The position numbers were made by a program, and so were the translations under genes. Positions 32,580-42,926 of a stretch of DNA of 57,335 nt are shown piece after piece (the stretch's first letter is position 1; every line of letters begins with the position of its first letter). The DNA comes from an uncultured Chromatiaceae bacterium (lineage in GTDB: Bacteria > Pseudomonadota > Gammaproteobacteria > JAADHS01). The stretch lies in the NCBI GenBank assembly GCA_945787615.1, contig CALZJI010000002.1, positions 1 through 57,335 of the forward strand. Reading direction: 5' to 3'. The notes below the pieces were generated by a model. It saw nothing but the letters and a program-made list of their open reading frames with translations. It ran no database searches and was not told where the DNA came from.

Positions 32580-35039
32580 CTAGTTAGGCTTCCCGAGAAT
32601 TGTTGAGGTAACGCCGGTGATGGCTTTATCAAATAGGGATTCCGCTTCAATAAGGGATGCGTTCCCTTGCCGAAACTCCTCTGCGAGTCCGTATAACGAC
32701 TTTTCTGCGATCACTTTGTAACGGCGATTCAGAAATGAATAACCCGCGTATTCGTCTCCTTCCCAGGCCAATTTGCCACGCACACGCTTGTTGTCCTCTT
32801 GCTTAAACTCGACCCATGCGCCGGGTTGCAGCGCGCGAACCAGTTCGGTGTACTCATCATCTATGGTGGGGGCATCGTCTTGAACCATATCGAAGCCCAT
32901 ATCGGCCATCATTTGTTTAAAGCGCTCGTCTGCTGCTGATGATTCGGCTTTCTCTGAAACCACGTCGTCGTCGAAATCGGTGAACGATTCGATGTCTTGT
33001 TCCATTTGCGCCAACATCGCGGTGATCTCATTGGAGACCGCCGCGGTTTCCTCATCAAGCTCCGCGCCACCTGCCGGTTCGGCTGCGCGCTTTGTGTTAG
33101 GTGTTTCTATTTTTGCCTCGGATTGGCCCCGGATGCTTTCCAAATGATAGACCTCTAACATTTTGATTACATCGCTCGTTTCTTGTTCGCTGGCGCCGAC
33201 GTAACTCAGACCCTTACGCAGGGTCGAAAGAACCGCGGGCAGTAAACCGATAAGTTTGCTGCGATCACTTCGGTTGGTCTTCGGTTCAACGCTCCAGACC
33301 AGGTCGCTGACGAAGTTCAGCGCGGTCGATCGCATCGGGCTGTCGTCTCCTTCTTTAATGACGACTTGGATGACCACGTTCAACCACTTATCGGTGAGAA
33401 ATGCTTCCACGTCCGATGGTACGGTGACGGTGGTCAGTCTGTTGGCAATTTCCTCAGCGATGTCTTTTTTTAACGCTTCCAGTCGTTCCGCCTCTTTCGC
33501 CGCCTTGTGCAGGGCCTCTTTTGCCGCATCTAACTGTTTTTTCTCGACGCCAAGAAATTCGCGGAATTCGTTGAGCTGCGTTTCGAAAATAGCAACATCG
33601 TCGGTAAACTCATTAAGTATGCATTTGACGATTTGCTCCATTCTTTCGTAGAGCCTATCGCGTGAGGCTTCGTTCTCTTGGATCCAGCCCAAGCTGGCAT
33701 TTGTGAGCTCATTGAGCAGCTGGCGCGCGGGATGCGTCTTCTTGCTTAAGAACTCTCTGTCTATTAGCGCGACCTTTAAGACAGGTATCTGCAGACGGCC
33801 AATGAGCGCCTTGACGAAATCGGGCAACTCTTCATTGTCAAGGAAATAGTCGAAAACTACACCGACGATGTCGATGGTTTCGGCGTCTAGCTGCTTGATG
33901 GAATGAGCGGCTTCATCGCCGAGCCGCTGCTTGTATTCATTGACAACGTTTCGCTTTAGGTCTTGGCTGTTGGCGTCGCCGCTTTCCTTAATGTAACTAT
34001 CGACTTGTTGTAGCGTACTAAGCGTATCGACTAACTCGGGGGTTACCGCGATCTGCGTTAGCTCAAGTGACGATGTCTGCCCATTACTTTGATATGCAGT
34101 AAGCAGTTGTTGCATTTCTTGGAACGGCTGCCCTGCGGTTGGTGTCTTTAGCCCATCGTAATTTCCCGAAACCTGTTGAAACCAGGCTTGAAACGCGTCA
34201 TCTGCATTTTCTTTATTGGGATCCGTGGGCCGATTCGCTGGCGAACTTTGCGAAGAGGCGTTATCGCTTTGTTCCGTTCGCGTACTCGCGTTGGTTGAAG
34301 ACGGCTTAGGGTCCGGAGTTTTCGCTTTCAAGTCAGGTAGAACACCGGACTTCGCTAAAAAGGCGTTAATTTCGCCGTATAACGTCGCGCTTTTTTTCGC
34401 CAAGTGTTTTCCGAATAGTTTATATATGATTTTTTTTGCTTTAAGCTCGATATCTAACGTTTTTAATGCATTGCGTAACGCTTTACCCGCCGCGTTGGGT
34501 CCGACCGGGTTGTTGCTGTTGTCGATTTGCGAGTTGGAAAACAGGTGGCCGAACCGTTGCTCGAGGCAGTAGAGTTCGGCGGATAACTTTTCTTCTATCG
34601 CCTCGGCGATCTTATTGATGATCAACGATTCGTCGAGCTGGTCGTTATCCAGCAACGATAAACCGCCGCTAACTTCAGATCCCGGTGTCGCGGAACGCTC
34701 GCCGCGTAATATGGATTTGAGTAATTGGTTAAAGTTTTTGTTCAAATCATCATTAAATAGCTTTGCTACTTGGTCGTTCTTGGTGCGCAGTTCATCTGAC
34801 GCCGCAATGTAGGCAAAGCGCTCGTCATCGTCCTGACTATTGGATATAAACGCGCCGAGATACCGTTCTACGTCCGTTAGGGCAGTCTCTAGCGCCTGGC
34901 CAAATGCAGAGTTCGCCATTTCGCGGCAAGTTCTTATAAGGTCAGGTAACTTAGCTTTTCCAGTTGGGTTGCGCAACAAGGGTTTGTTTGGCTTACTGTC
35001 CATCATTGAAAATGTGGTAAAACGGATTTCACTATTCAA
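32580..35039 (-). CDS. DUF1631-like protein (819 aa)
   Basis: The N-terminal pattern LIRTCREMANSAFGQALETAL...ERFAYIAASDELR fits what I recall of DUF1631 proteins of gammaproteobacteria (C-R...L...DD.LF...N..Q..YFDAMRELR). A low-complexity linker follows. The C-terminus is conserved and shared with the downstream paralog. Confidence 0.6.
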   Translation of the reverse strand: MNSEIRFTTFSMMDSKPNKPLLRNPTGKAKLPDLIRTCREMANSAFGQALETALTDVERYLGAFISNSQDDDERFAYIAASDELRTKNDQVAKLFNDDLNKNFNQLLKSILRGERSATPGSEVSGGLSLLDNDQLDESLIINKIAEAIEEKLSAELYCLEQRFGHLFSNSQIDNSNNPVGPNAAGKALRNALKTLDIELKAKKIIYKLFGKHLAKKSATLYGEINAFLAKSGVLPDLKAKTPDPKPSSTNASTRTEQSDNASSQSSPANRPTDPNKENADDAFQAWFQQVSGNYDGLKTPTAGQPFQEMQQLLTAYQSNGQTSSLELTQIAVTPELVDTLSTLQQVDSYIKESGDANSQDLKRNVVNEYKQRLGDEAAHSIKQLDAETIDIVGVVFDYFLDNEELPDFVKALIGRLQIPVLKVALIDREFLSKKTHPARQLLNELTNASLGWIQENEASRDRLYERMEQIVKCILNEFTDDVAIFETQLNEFREFLGVEKKQLDAAKEALHKAAKEAERLEALKKDIAEEIANRLTTVTVPSDVEAFLTDKWLNVVIQVVIKEGDDSPMRSTALNFVSDLVWSVEPKTNRSDRSKLIGLLPAVLSTLRKGLSYVGASEQETSDVIKMLEVYHLESIRGQSEAKIETPNTKRAAEPAGGAELDEETAAVSNEITAMLAQMEQDIESFTDFDDDVVSEKAESSAADERFKQMMADMGFDMVQDDAPTIDDEYTELVRALQPGAWVEFKQEDNKRVRGKLAWEGDEYAGYSFLNRRYKVIAEKSLYGLAEEFRQGNASLIEAESLFDKAITGVTSTILGKPN

Positions 35040-35310
35040 AATCTTCCCATTTAATAGTTGTCGGATAACGAAATCTTTCCTTTATAGGCAATTTGTTATT
35101 CATCAGCTTAGTTTGTTGTCCGCGGTATGTTATAGGCTTTATAACGTTATGTTTGTTATATGAAACTTGTTTGAGGTCGGGAGTCTTGTCGTTGGAAGAA
35201 AGTCAGGTGGAGGCGGCGGGTTGTTCGTGGCGGGCTGGGGTGGCGTGAGGAGAATAGAATCCGAACAGGGGAGGAGCTCAATTGCCATTAAAAAAAGGGT
35301 ATTCTAAGGT

Positions 35311-35880
35311 TCAGTTTGACGTCTGTAGGCGTAACGTCGCAATGTCACCGAGGGTAGCGCGGATTTCCTGAATGCTCGGAGTGCGCGCCCTATAGGGTTC
35401 CGCGTATACCCCACTGCAAAGCAATTTGCGAACATTGGGTTGCTTGTCAGAGGCGAGCCACAGATGCCAGATACGGAAAATGTCGCTAGTACCCGAACCC
35501 ATTCCCGATCGGGATACGAGTTGTATGTGCTGGTCAACGACCACGTTTCGCCAATCCCGGGATACCTTCCGGACGACAAATTCATCCTTTTGTATTGTTT
35601 GTGGGAAGGGTTCTACATCCTCTACTTCGAAATTGCACTGAGGAGCGAAAGGATCGGCGGATTGGACAACGGAACCGTCTTGGATATACACGCGCGCTCG
35701 CCTGGGTGAAACCTCAAGGTCCCGATTTAGTATGATCTTCGACCCAACCGGGATCGCGTAGAATTGAGAGGCTTCATCTTTCGGAACGGTTATACTACAT
35801 CCAACGGTCGTTAAAACGAGAGCCATGGCCGCGCCGATCGACCATGCTGTGCCTTTCCTGAGCTGTCGCCACCGTACCAT
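35311..35880 (-). CDS. Hypothetical lipoprotein
   Basis: It has a signal peptide with a lipobox (AMALVLTTVGCS). I recognise no other motif. Confidence 0.6.
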   Translation of the reverse strand: MVRWRQLRKGTAWSIGAAMALVLTTVGCSITVPKDEASQFYAIPVGSKIILNRDLEVSPRRARVYIQDGSVVQSADPFAPQCNFEVEDVEPFPQTIQKDEFVVRKVSRDWRNVVVDQHIQLVSRSGMGSGTSDIFRIWHLWLASDKQPNVRKLLCSGVYAEPYRARTPSIQEIRATLGDIATLRLQTSN

Positions 35881-36065
35881 GGGACTTTTTTCGTGGAGTT
35901 CCGTTAATGCGTTTGCTGAATTTGGGGTCAGTTTTCGACCGCACTCACCTCCTTATAGACACAAATACGAAGGAACGGTTCGATTTGAGAGTGCTTAGAG
36001 GGGTCAGCTGAGGCGCAACGTACGGAGGATTTAGACCGCATTTCTCACAGGGGGCAACATTACCG

Positions 36066-36094
36066 TTGACAAAACGCGTTTATCTTGGTTTAAT
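36066..36094 (+). promoter_or_regulatory. Sigma-70-type promoter candidate
   Basis: TTGACA (36066-36071), a 17-nt spacer, then TTTAAT (36089-36094). It lies in a 940-bp gap with no credible CDS. Confidence 0.5.
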
Positions 36095-36100
36095 GAATTC

Positions 36101-36378
36101 ACGCACTAAAGGAAAGGTTAATTTCGGACTGATTTAGTATGTTTTTGAGCTAGATCACTTTTAAGGGCGAGGTATAAAGGCACCTAAGATTAACGTTACG
36201 ACAATGTTCTCCTCCGACGGTGGAACAGGGGTCATCCGCTCAAACGTTTCAGGCGCGGACCGTCACCCACCTCCTACCAAGCCAAAAAACGTTGGCCTCT
36301 GTTCCCACCTCCGAATCCCTCCTCCAGCGCCAATTTTGGCGCTAGCACAAAAGGGGCACGTAGATGCCCCTTTTTATT
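36101..36378 (+). ncRNA. Candidate structured small RNA (~280 nt) bounded by the promoter above and an intrinsic terminator
   Basis: There is no SD-preceded ORF. Long-range pairing joins ggtggaacagggg (about 36221-36233) with cctctgttcccacc (about 36296-36309). A hairpin forms at agcgccaattttggcgct (36326-36343). Four CCUCC-containing motifs are present. A terminator lies at the 3' end. Confidence 0.4.
36351..36378 (+). terminator. Rho-independent terminator
   Basis: The stem ggggca (36353-36358) pairs with tgcccc (36365-36370) and is followed by tttttatt. Confidence 0.75.
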
Positions 36379-36833
36379 ATTGGGCTGATGGCTCCGCAAA
36401 TTTCTCTAACCGGTTAAGCTTATTTTTGCCGAGCCCACTATCGCGTCCGTCCATCTGACTCGTCGCTCTCGATAGATTTCGGTTTTTTGGTTTTAAAACA
36501 ATATGTAGAGATTGTTACGGCTCGCCGATCCCAATTCTTTTTGGCCGCTGCACGAAAGAGCAATACGCCCAAATACTTATTGAGGTGTGAAGGGATAATA
36601 TGGTCTTATTTTCTAAGCCTTACAAAAAAGCTAGATCTTTTCTAACTTAAGGCATTTTGTACACTGACTTTAATCATTAATGGTTCGCGGTAACTTCTTG
36701 ACTATCCTCTCCTATGTTTTTATGGGCTGATTTAGCCGGTACTCATGCCGCGGTTTCCGCGCCATACGTATATAAAGAACCTTAGTCAGATACGCGAGCG
36801 GAATTACCTAAGCCCTCGGATTGTTTGAATCGA

Positions 36834-39800
36834 ATGTCAGCATTACGCTTCCCCATCCAGTTATTCGCTCTTTTTCTCATCGTGTCGACATCGATGACGC
36901 CGTTTCCATTGATCGCCAGTACCACGTCCCAGAGCGTGGTCGACGAGCTCACAAGAGCGAGACTTGTCTCCGCGCACGTCCCGTTTATCCAGAACCTCGG
37001 TCAAGCGCCAAAAGGCATTAAGTATTACGCGCCGACGTTTGCCGGGCGCGTTATGGTCACGGAGGACGGTCGAATTATCTATGCCCTCTCAAGCGGGGCC
37101 GATCAGCCTGTCGGGGGCTGGGTGGTTCAAGAATCGTTAATCGACCCATCGCGACCGGTTATCGCTGGCTTGAGTCAAACAAACGCCGCGATGACCTTCA
37201 TAAGCAGTCATGGTCAATCCCTTACGAGCCGTGCCGCGTCGACGTTCGAAACCGTAACCTTAGGGCAAGTTTATGACGGCGTCGAGCTGCGATTGCGCGC
37301 TTACGGCGATAACGTGGAGAAATTATTTTATTTAAGCCCATCGGCTGACGTCGGTCAGATTCGCGTTGGCGTAGAAGGCGTTAAAACTGTGGCGGTGGAT
37401 GAGAGCGGCCAATTGGAATTAACCACGGAGCGTGGCGCCGTACGCTTTACTAAACCTATCGCCTACCAACATTCCGAATCCGGCGACCGCCAATATGTCG
37501 AAGTAGCGTATACCGTTAGCGGAAACGAATACAGTTTTAAAGTGGGTTCTTATGATAAGACCAAATCACTGGTCATCGACCCCCTACTGGCCTCGACGTT
37601 CCTTGGTGGCGATGAGGGGAACGATGTATCATTAGCGATGTTGATGCTGGAAAATGGGGAGCTTTACGTGGCTGGGCACGAGAGGTCCGACGATTTTCCA
37701 ACGATTCCTGGTCCTTACGAGGGCGCTACACAAGACGAAAGCGCGTTTGTCTTGAAGTTTGATCGCGATCTGAGCTTGCTGGGCTCCGTATACATGCCCG
37801 GCGCAAGATTCGCCGCCCTTGCGACGGACGGCGACGGCAACGTGTTTGCTGGAGGCAATTCGGTGTCCACGGCCTATCCGACGACGCCGGGGGCGTTCCA
37901 GGAGCGTAATTCTTCTTTCAACGCAACGCCTGAGAAACCCGTACATGATTTCGTCGATGGCGTGATCGCTAAATTCGACAGTGGTTTGACGCAAGTCTTG
38001 GCGTCGACGTATTTCGGCGGCGGCGAAGGTTGGGACGAGATTAGGGGGCTGGTCGTGGCGCAAGACGGCAGCTTGTACGCTTCCGGCGAGGCGGACTCCG
38101 TTAACTTCCCAACAACCAACCTCAACGGGTTTCAAAGCGTACATGGCGGCGGCGACGGAGACGCGTTTATTGCGAGGCTGGATAGCGGTCTGACAACGCT
38201 TTTAGGCGGCACCCTGTTAGGCGGAACGCTCCAGGAAGGCGCTGAGGCCATGGCCTTCGGCGCCAACGGCGATATTTATATCACTGGGCGCGCCGATTCC
38301 GCTACGGAGCGCGGATTCTCTATCACGGAGCCGGCCTATGACGCCGCCCACAATGGTGGGTCCGATGTTTTCGTGGCCGCGTTCGACGCGGACTTGATGG
38401 ATCTGCGGGGCTCCACCTTTATCGGGGGGAGCGGAACCGATCGCGTACATGCGTTAACGGTCGCCCAGGATGGCGCCGTCTTTGTGTCGGGCTGGAGTAA
38501 CTCGACGGATTTTCCGGTTACCTTGACGGATATTCGCGCCCGCCATGTAGCGAATCGAGATGCTTTCGTCGCAAAATTCGATGCGCGCCTTGAGAATTTG
38601 TTGGCCGCGCGATTTCTAGGCGGTTACCGCAATGAAGCGGCGGATAGCATGTTTTTAGACGCCGCAGGTTCCCTTTACGTTGCGGGCCGTACCGCGTCGC
38701 CTAATTTTCCCACCACACAAGGGGCGTTAAGCCGCATTCTTAATGACGGGCCCCATCGCGATCCCAAGGCTATAGGATTTGACGTATTCTTGGCCAAGCT
38801 TACGTCAGACTTGGAGTTATCTATTTCAACTTTTTTGGGAGGCGCCAATGATGAGTACGCCGAGGCCGTAGCGCTTGATGACGCCGGGCGAGTGGCAGTG
38901 GCGGGTTTCGTTGATTTACTGGGTGCGACCGCATTGGAGCAGCCGATAGCGGACGGTTCCATGAGCAGCGTCTTCGATGGACCCAACAAAGATAACTCCG
39001 ACGTATTTGTCGCCAAGTTGGACAGCGATCTCTCCGGCGATCCCGATTTGGTTTTCGAAGAGGTTACTATCGAAGTGAAAGACGGTCAGGCCGCCGAGGA
39101 GGGAAGGGATCCGGGTTCCGTCGTGATTAAGCGGACTGGAGATGCTTCCGAAAGGCTGAAAGTGTACTATGACGTCGCTTTACTTAGCTCGCCGACGCTA
39201 ATCAACGGTGCGCAAAACGGCGAAGATTTCCAGCGCTTGACCGGAGCGACCACCCTTGCCGAAGGCCAAACGGAGAAGACGATTTCCATTATCCCCGTGG
39301 ACGACATCAACGAGGAAGCGGACGAAACGGTAACAGTCGCGCTATTGGGCGGTCCCGGATATGTAGTTGGCCTTGAGGGAACAGCGATGGTCGAAATCAT
39401 CGATGATGACAAAGATAAACCGCTGATCTTAATGGACGGGCCGGGCGCGCCCATTGAGGAAGAGGGGCGCGTCGCCGGGAGGATTGTTATAAAACGAGCG
39501 AGTCAGAGCCGCGCCGAGCCCCTTACCGTGTTCTATACTCTGGGAGGAGACGCGGTAAACGGCGTCGACTACGAGTTGTTAAGCGGCGAAGTCACTATCC
39601 CCGCGGGTAGTTTGGATGCGGAAGTGATGGTCGCGCCCATCGACGATGACGACGCGACCGAAGGCATTGAACAGGTCGTCTTCAAATTGGAGTCTGCCGC
39701 GACCTACAATATCGGAACGGCTGACGTAAAATTAGCGATCACCGATAACGACACGGGCGCGGCGGCTAATAATTCGGGCGAAACCGTTACCGAAAACGGC

Positions 39801-40025
39801 GTCGTCAATGAGGGAGGCGTTAACTCCTCCGTGTCCTTTGATAACGGCGACTCGTCGCCAGACAGCGATACCGACTCGGGCACTAGCCCAACAAGCTCCC
39901 GCTCCGGCGGCGGAACCAGCTCCAGCGGCGGTGGCGCCTTGGACGTTTGGCTGCTGATCTTAAGCGGTTTATTTTTCGCTGTTTGTGGGAGAAAGCATTA
40001 TGGAAACGGTGGTAATCTTTTGTAG
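36834..40025 (+). CDS. Large secreted protein with SBBP-type beta-propeller repeats, two Calx-beta domains and a GlyGly-CTERM-like tail
   Basis: The signal peptide starts at the ATG at 36834 (MSALRFPIQLFALFLIVSTS). It has many repeats of the type DG.LYVAG.T.S.NFPTT.GA.....G..DAFVAKLD. The Calx-beta signatures are NGEDFQRLTGATTLAEGQTEKTISIIPVDDINEEADETVTVAL and NGVDYELLSGEVTIPAGSLDAEVMVAPIDDDDATEG. The C-terminus reads SSGGGALDVWLLILSGLFFAVCGRKH. Confidence 0.85.
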   Translation: MSALRFPIQLFALFLIVSTSMTPFPLIASTTSQSVVDELTRARLVSAHVPFIQNLGQAPKGIKYYAPTFAGRVMVTEDGRIIYALSSGADQPVGGWVVQESLIDPSRPVIAGLSQTNAAMTFISSHGQSLTSRAASTFETVTLGQVYDGVELRLRAYGDNVEKLFYLSPSADVGQIRVGVEGVKTVAVDESGQLELTTERGAVRFTKPIAYQHSESGDRQYVEVAYTVSGNEYSFKVGSYDKTKSLVIDPLLASTFLGGDEGNDVSLAMLMLENGELYVAGHERSDDFPTIPGPYEGATQDESAFVLKFDRDLSLLGSVYMPGARFAALATDGDGNVFAGGNSVSTAYPTTPGAFQERNSSFNATPEKPVHDFVDGVIAKFDSGLTQVLASTYFGGGEGWDEIRGLVVAQDGSLYASGEADSVNFPTTNLNGFQSVHGGGDGDAFIARLDSGLTTLLGGTLLGGTLQEGAEAMAFGANGDIYITGRADSATERGFSITEPAYDAAHNGGSDVFVAAFDADLMDLRGSTFIGGSGTDRVHALTVAQDGAVFVSGWSNSTDFPVTLTDIRARHVANRDAFVAKFDARLENLLAARFLGGYRNEAADSMFLDAAGSLYVAGRTASPNFPTTQGALSRILNDGPHRDPKAIGFDVFLAKLTSDLELSISTFLGGANDEYAEAVALDDAGRVAVAGFVDLLGATALEQPIADGSMSSVFDGPNKDNSDVFVAKLDSDLSGDPDLVFEEVTIEVKDGQAAEEGRDPGSVVIKRTGDASERLKVYYDVALLSSPTLINGAQNGEDFQRLTGATTLAEGQTEKTISIIPVDDINEEADETVTVALLGGPGYVVGLEGTAMVEIIDDDKDKPLILMDGPGAPIEEEGRVAGRIVIKRASQSRAEPLTVFYTLGGDAVNGVDYELLSGEVTIPAGSLDAEVMVAPIDDDDATEGIEQVVFKLESAATYNIGTADVKLAITDNDTGAAANNSGETVTENGVVNEGGVNSSVSFDNGDSSPDSDTDSGTSPTSSRSGGGTSSSGGGALDVWLLILSGLFFAVCGRKHYGNGGNLL

Positions 40026-40061
40026 GTCACGTTGCCGGTTTACGGCTACGCGACATTGACA

Positions 40062-42926
40062 CTACTTCAACATAGACTTCGCTTGCTCAAGGGCACGTTT
40101 TGCTTGACTATGCTTCGGATTAAGGCTCAGTGCCTGCTGAAAAGCGCGAACGGCTTCGGACGCATTGCCTAACGCGCCCAGCGCAACGCCACGAAAAAAA
40201 TGCGCATCGCTTTGTTCGGTCTGTTCTATCGATGACTCAAAAAAGCCTAGCGCCTCTTCAAATCGTTGCAGCTTCAAATATATTCGCCCCATGCTGAGCA
40301 ATAACTTGTAATCGTTCGGTTTACCCTCCAATTCACGTTCGAAATGTCGCAAGGCGTCGTTAAAACGGCCAAGCAACTCGTATGTCGTCGCCAAATGAAA
40401 GTTGAGATCAGCGCGGTCGTCTTCCATGGCGTACGCTTTTTCCAGTTCTTGCGCCGCGTCTTGGTAATAACCCGCCAAAAATAATTGGTGGCCAAGCTGG
40501 TGGTGACTGGCTGCGGAGTCGCTCGCCTTTGCGTAATAGACAAGATAATTGAGCTTGGCTGTCATAAAACGCTGTTCCAAATCAGGGATATGTTCGTCTA
40601 AGACCGTACGCCAACGGCGCGTTATGTCCGAATCTCGCAAAATAGTTTCGGTGTGGAGTCCAAGAAATACAGGATTCCACGCCATATTCGGTTCTAGGTA
40701 TTCCTTTATTTCTTCAAACCGTATGTTGTCAATGAGTCGCTGGCGAAACGATTCGAATCCGTGCGTCCGCAAGCGGGCGATTTCAAACTCTAAGGCGGGA
40801 TAGTCTAGGGTATTGATGGGCGCGTCATTCTCGTCCGCTAACGACAAGACGTTAGCGTTCATTAACCCATAGGCGATCCACTCCGCTGCGACGCCGAAGT
40901 TGCGAATGAAGTAATCGCGCAACGGCGGGCTGTTAGCGGCGATCAGGGGTTGGCGAACGGCCAACTTTCCGGGCGTACAAACCAATAAGAAATAACCGTC
41001 GGTTATATAGCCCAAGCCGCATTGGTTAAACGCCTGCGCGAGGCTCGTTAGAATAATGTCCATGCCTTTATCGCCAATCCGCGTATCTACCCACGTCGCG
41101 TATACCCCGTTGGGCGTAAGACGTTCTCGCACAGTTGTGAAAAAGTCGTGGGTATACAGCTTTGACGAACTGAAATAAAGCGGCGTCGTGACAGTATTCA
41201 GGATGAGCGGGTAACGTCGATCGACGCGCTTTACAAAGTGGATGCCGTCGTCATGAATGATGTTTACTCGCTCTTGTTGTTTGATGTTGAAATTGAAATT
41301 CGCCATACGGTGCAGGTTGTTTAGGATCGCCGGGTTGATTTCCACGGCGTCGGTTTCATCGAACAGTAAACCCACCGTCCCCGCAGTGGCGCCGCTGCCA
41401 ACGCCCAGGACGAGGGCGCGATCGGTGCTGGGCGCGAATAACGAAGCGAAACTCCCCACCAATTGCTCGGCCGGAGTATTGAGGTTGATGCTTACGTAAC
41501 CGTTGATGAAAAAGATCTTCTCGCCGTTCTCCATGGTGTTGAGGGCGAATACGTTCTGCCGGTCTTTAAACGATTCCGGAAATTGCAGAGCTTCGCGTTT
41601 TTCCTCAAGCTGTTTCGGCGAACGAAACGCTGTGTGGCCAAGATAAAGCAGTTGTTCGTCCCAAGTGGTGTAGTTTAGCGTAACCGCTCCCCCTATCAAG
41701 GCCGTAACGCCCACGGCCGCCGCCGCGCGCTTGCGTAGGGAAACCAATAGGCCGAGGCCGCTTAGCGCCGCTATGACGATAACCAGCGATCCGTAATCCA
41801 TATGCTCATGGAGAACGAACACCATAAGCAAGAATCCCACGGCGTTGGCCAGCGAGGCGACGCATAATAATTGCCCCGCCTCCCGAGCGACATTGTCCTG
41901 GGATGCGATCAACGCGGGAACGGTAGCGCCAAATGTAATGGCCGGAAGCCCCGTGAGCAGTGCCAGAATTCCCAGTTTGAGGAGTACGGTCAGCCAGTAG
42001 TTCTCTACGGCGGCGGGGTAGGCGTGGGTGTATAGCGAGGCAGTTAGCTCGAAGCCGCCAAGCAACCAAACCAAACCGAGAAGATTCGCAAACATGACGT
42101 GATGGAAGCGGATCTTATATCTCCTGACGACGACGGAGCCCACAGCAATGCCAAAAAGAACCAAGCCTAGCGCCAAGGCGAATGTTTCGCGAAACGGGCC
42201 GATTAAGAATTCAGCGATTTTGATCATCCATAACTGGAAGATCGCCGAGGCGACGCTGGCGAGCGCCAGCGCAACGAGATGTTCTCCGGGAAAATGAACG
42301 TAGTGGGTCTCCGACGGCTCGGCGTCCCTCAGCCTGGCGAAAAACCATCGGAGAGCGATGGCGACGACCCCGTTGATAGACGCCATAATGAGCACGGTGT
42401 TCTGTAGCCCCACTTGACGCAACAACCAGAACTCCACCATGAGTACAGTGGCGGCGGCGCCGAAGCTATGCAAGGCGTAGGCGCGGGGAAATGCGAGTCC
42501 CGTCCGTATCCGACTCAGGTACCCGGCAAATAGCGGCAAGCTACAACCCACCAGGAAAGACGGTATGCTAAGGAGCAGTACGCAGCGTACGACGGTTCCG
42601 CTAAGATCCGCCCCAAACCACCCGGCACTCGCGTAAACCCAATGCTCAATGACCTCTGCGCCCAGCGCGAAGGCCGCCGCATAGAGTCCGATCGCGGCCT
42701 CTATAAGCCAGAGATGTCGCCACAGCCGATGGGCGTACAGCGTGCCAAGACCGATGCCCACGAGAAAAGTCAAGAGAATCGAAGCGCTGACCGCCCATTG
42801 ATCGCCGATGATATTGCCCAGCATTCGGCCAAAAAGAACTTCGTATGAAATTCCTGTGAATCCGGATATCAGGAGCAAAAGCGTGAAACCGAGATCCGAT
42901 CGGCGGTTGACTCCAACTTCGTTCAC
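40062..42926 (-). CDS. Polytopic membrane protein fused to a spermidine-synthase-like (class I methyltransferase fold) domain and C-terminal TPR repeats
   Basis: About 12 hydrophobic helices fill the N-terminal 400 aa. The SAM/polyamine-synthase-like core is RALVLGVGSGATAGTVGLL...DAVEINP...IIHDDGIHFV...YPLILNTV...FFTTVRERLTPNGVYATW. The TPR-like C-terminus includes YYQDAAQELEKAYAM, GRFNDALRHFERELE, QRFEEALGFFESSIE and GNASEAVRAFQQALSLNP. Confidence 0.8.
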   Translation of the reverse strand: MNEVGVNRRSDLGFTLLLLISGFTGISYEVLFGRMLGNIIGDQWAVSASILLTFLVGIGLGTLYAHRLWRHLWLIEAAIGLYAAAFALGAEVIEHWVYASAGWFGADLSGTVVRCVLLLSIPSFLVGCSLPLFAGYLSRIRTGLAFPRAYALHSFGAAATVLMVEFWLLRQVGLQNTVLIMASINGVVAIALRWFFARLRDAEPSETHYVHFPGEHLVALALASVASAIFQLWMIKIAEFLIGPFRETFALALGLVLFGIAVGSVVVRRYKIRFHHVMFANLLGLVWLLGGFELTASLYTHAYPAAVENYWLTVLLKLGILALLTGLPAITFGATVPALIASQDNVAREAGQLLCVASLANAVGFLLMVFVLHEHMDYGSLVIVIAALSGLGLLVSLRKRAAAAVGVTALIGGAVTLNYTTWDEQLLYLGHTAFRSPKQLEEKREALQFPESFKDRQNVFALNTMENGEKIFFINGYVSINLNTPAEQLVGSFASLFAPSTDRALVLGVGSGATAGTVGLLFDETDAVEINPAILNNLHRMANFNFNIKQQERVNIIHDDGIHFVKRVDRRYPLILNTVTTPLYFSSSKLYTHDFFTTVRERLTPNGVYATWVDTRIGDKGMDIILTSLAQAFNQCGLGYITDGYFLLVCTPGKLAVRQPLIAANSPPLRDYFIRNFGVAAEWIAYGLMNANVLSLADENDAPINTLDYPALEFEIARLRTHGFESFRQRLIDNIRFEEIKEYLEPNMAWNPVFLGLHTETILRDSDITRRWRTVLDEHIPDLEQRFMTAKLNYLVYYAKASDSAASHHQLGHQLFLAGYYQDAAQELEKAYAMEDDRADLNFHLATTYELLGRFNDALRHFERELEGKPNDYKLLLSMGRIYLKLQRFEEALGFFESSIEQTEQSDAHFFRGVALGALGNASEAVRAFQQALSLNPKHSQAKRALEQAKSMLK

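Noticed and set aside
35205-35285. G-rich tract (ggtggaggcggcgggttgttcgtggcgggctggggtggcgtgagg) as a possible G-quadruplex or regulatory element
   Set aside because: The G-runs are short and irregular (mostly GG or GGG with long spacers). There is no repeat or conservation evidence available from this window alone.
36204-36458. 84-aa ORF in the sRNA candidate region
   Set aside because: It has no Shine-Dalgarno sequence. It is Pro-rich and low in complexity. It reads through a strong intrinsic terminator (36351-36378).
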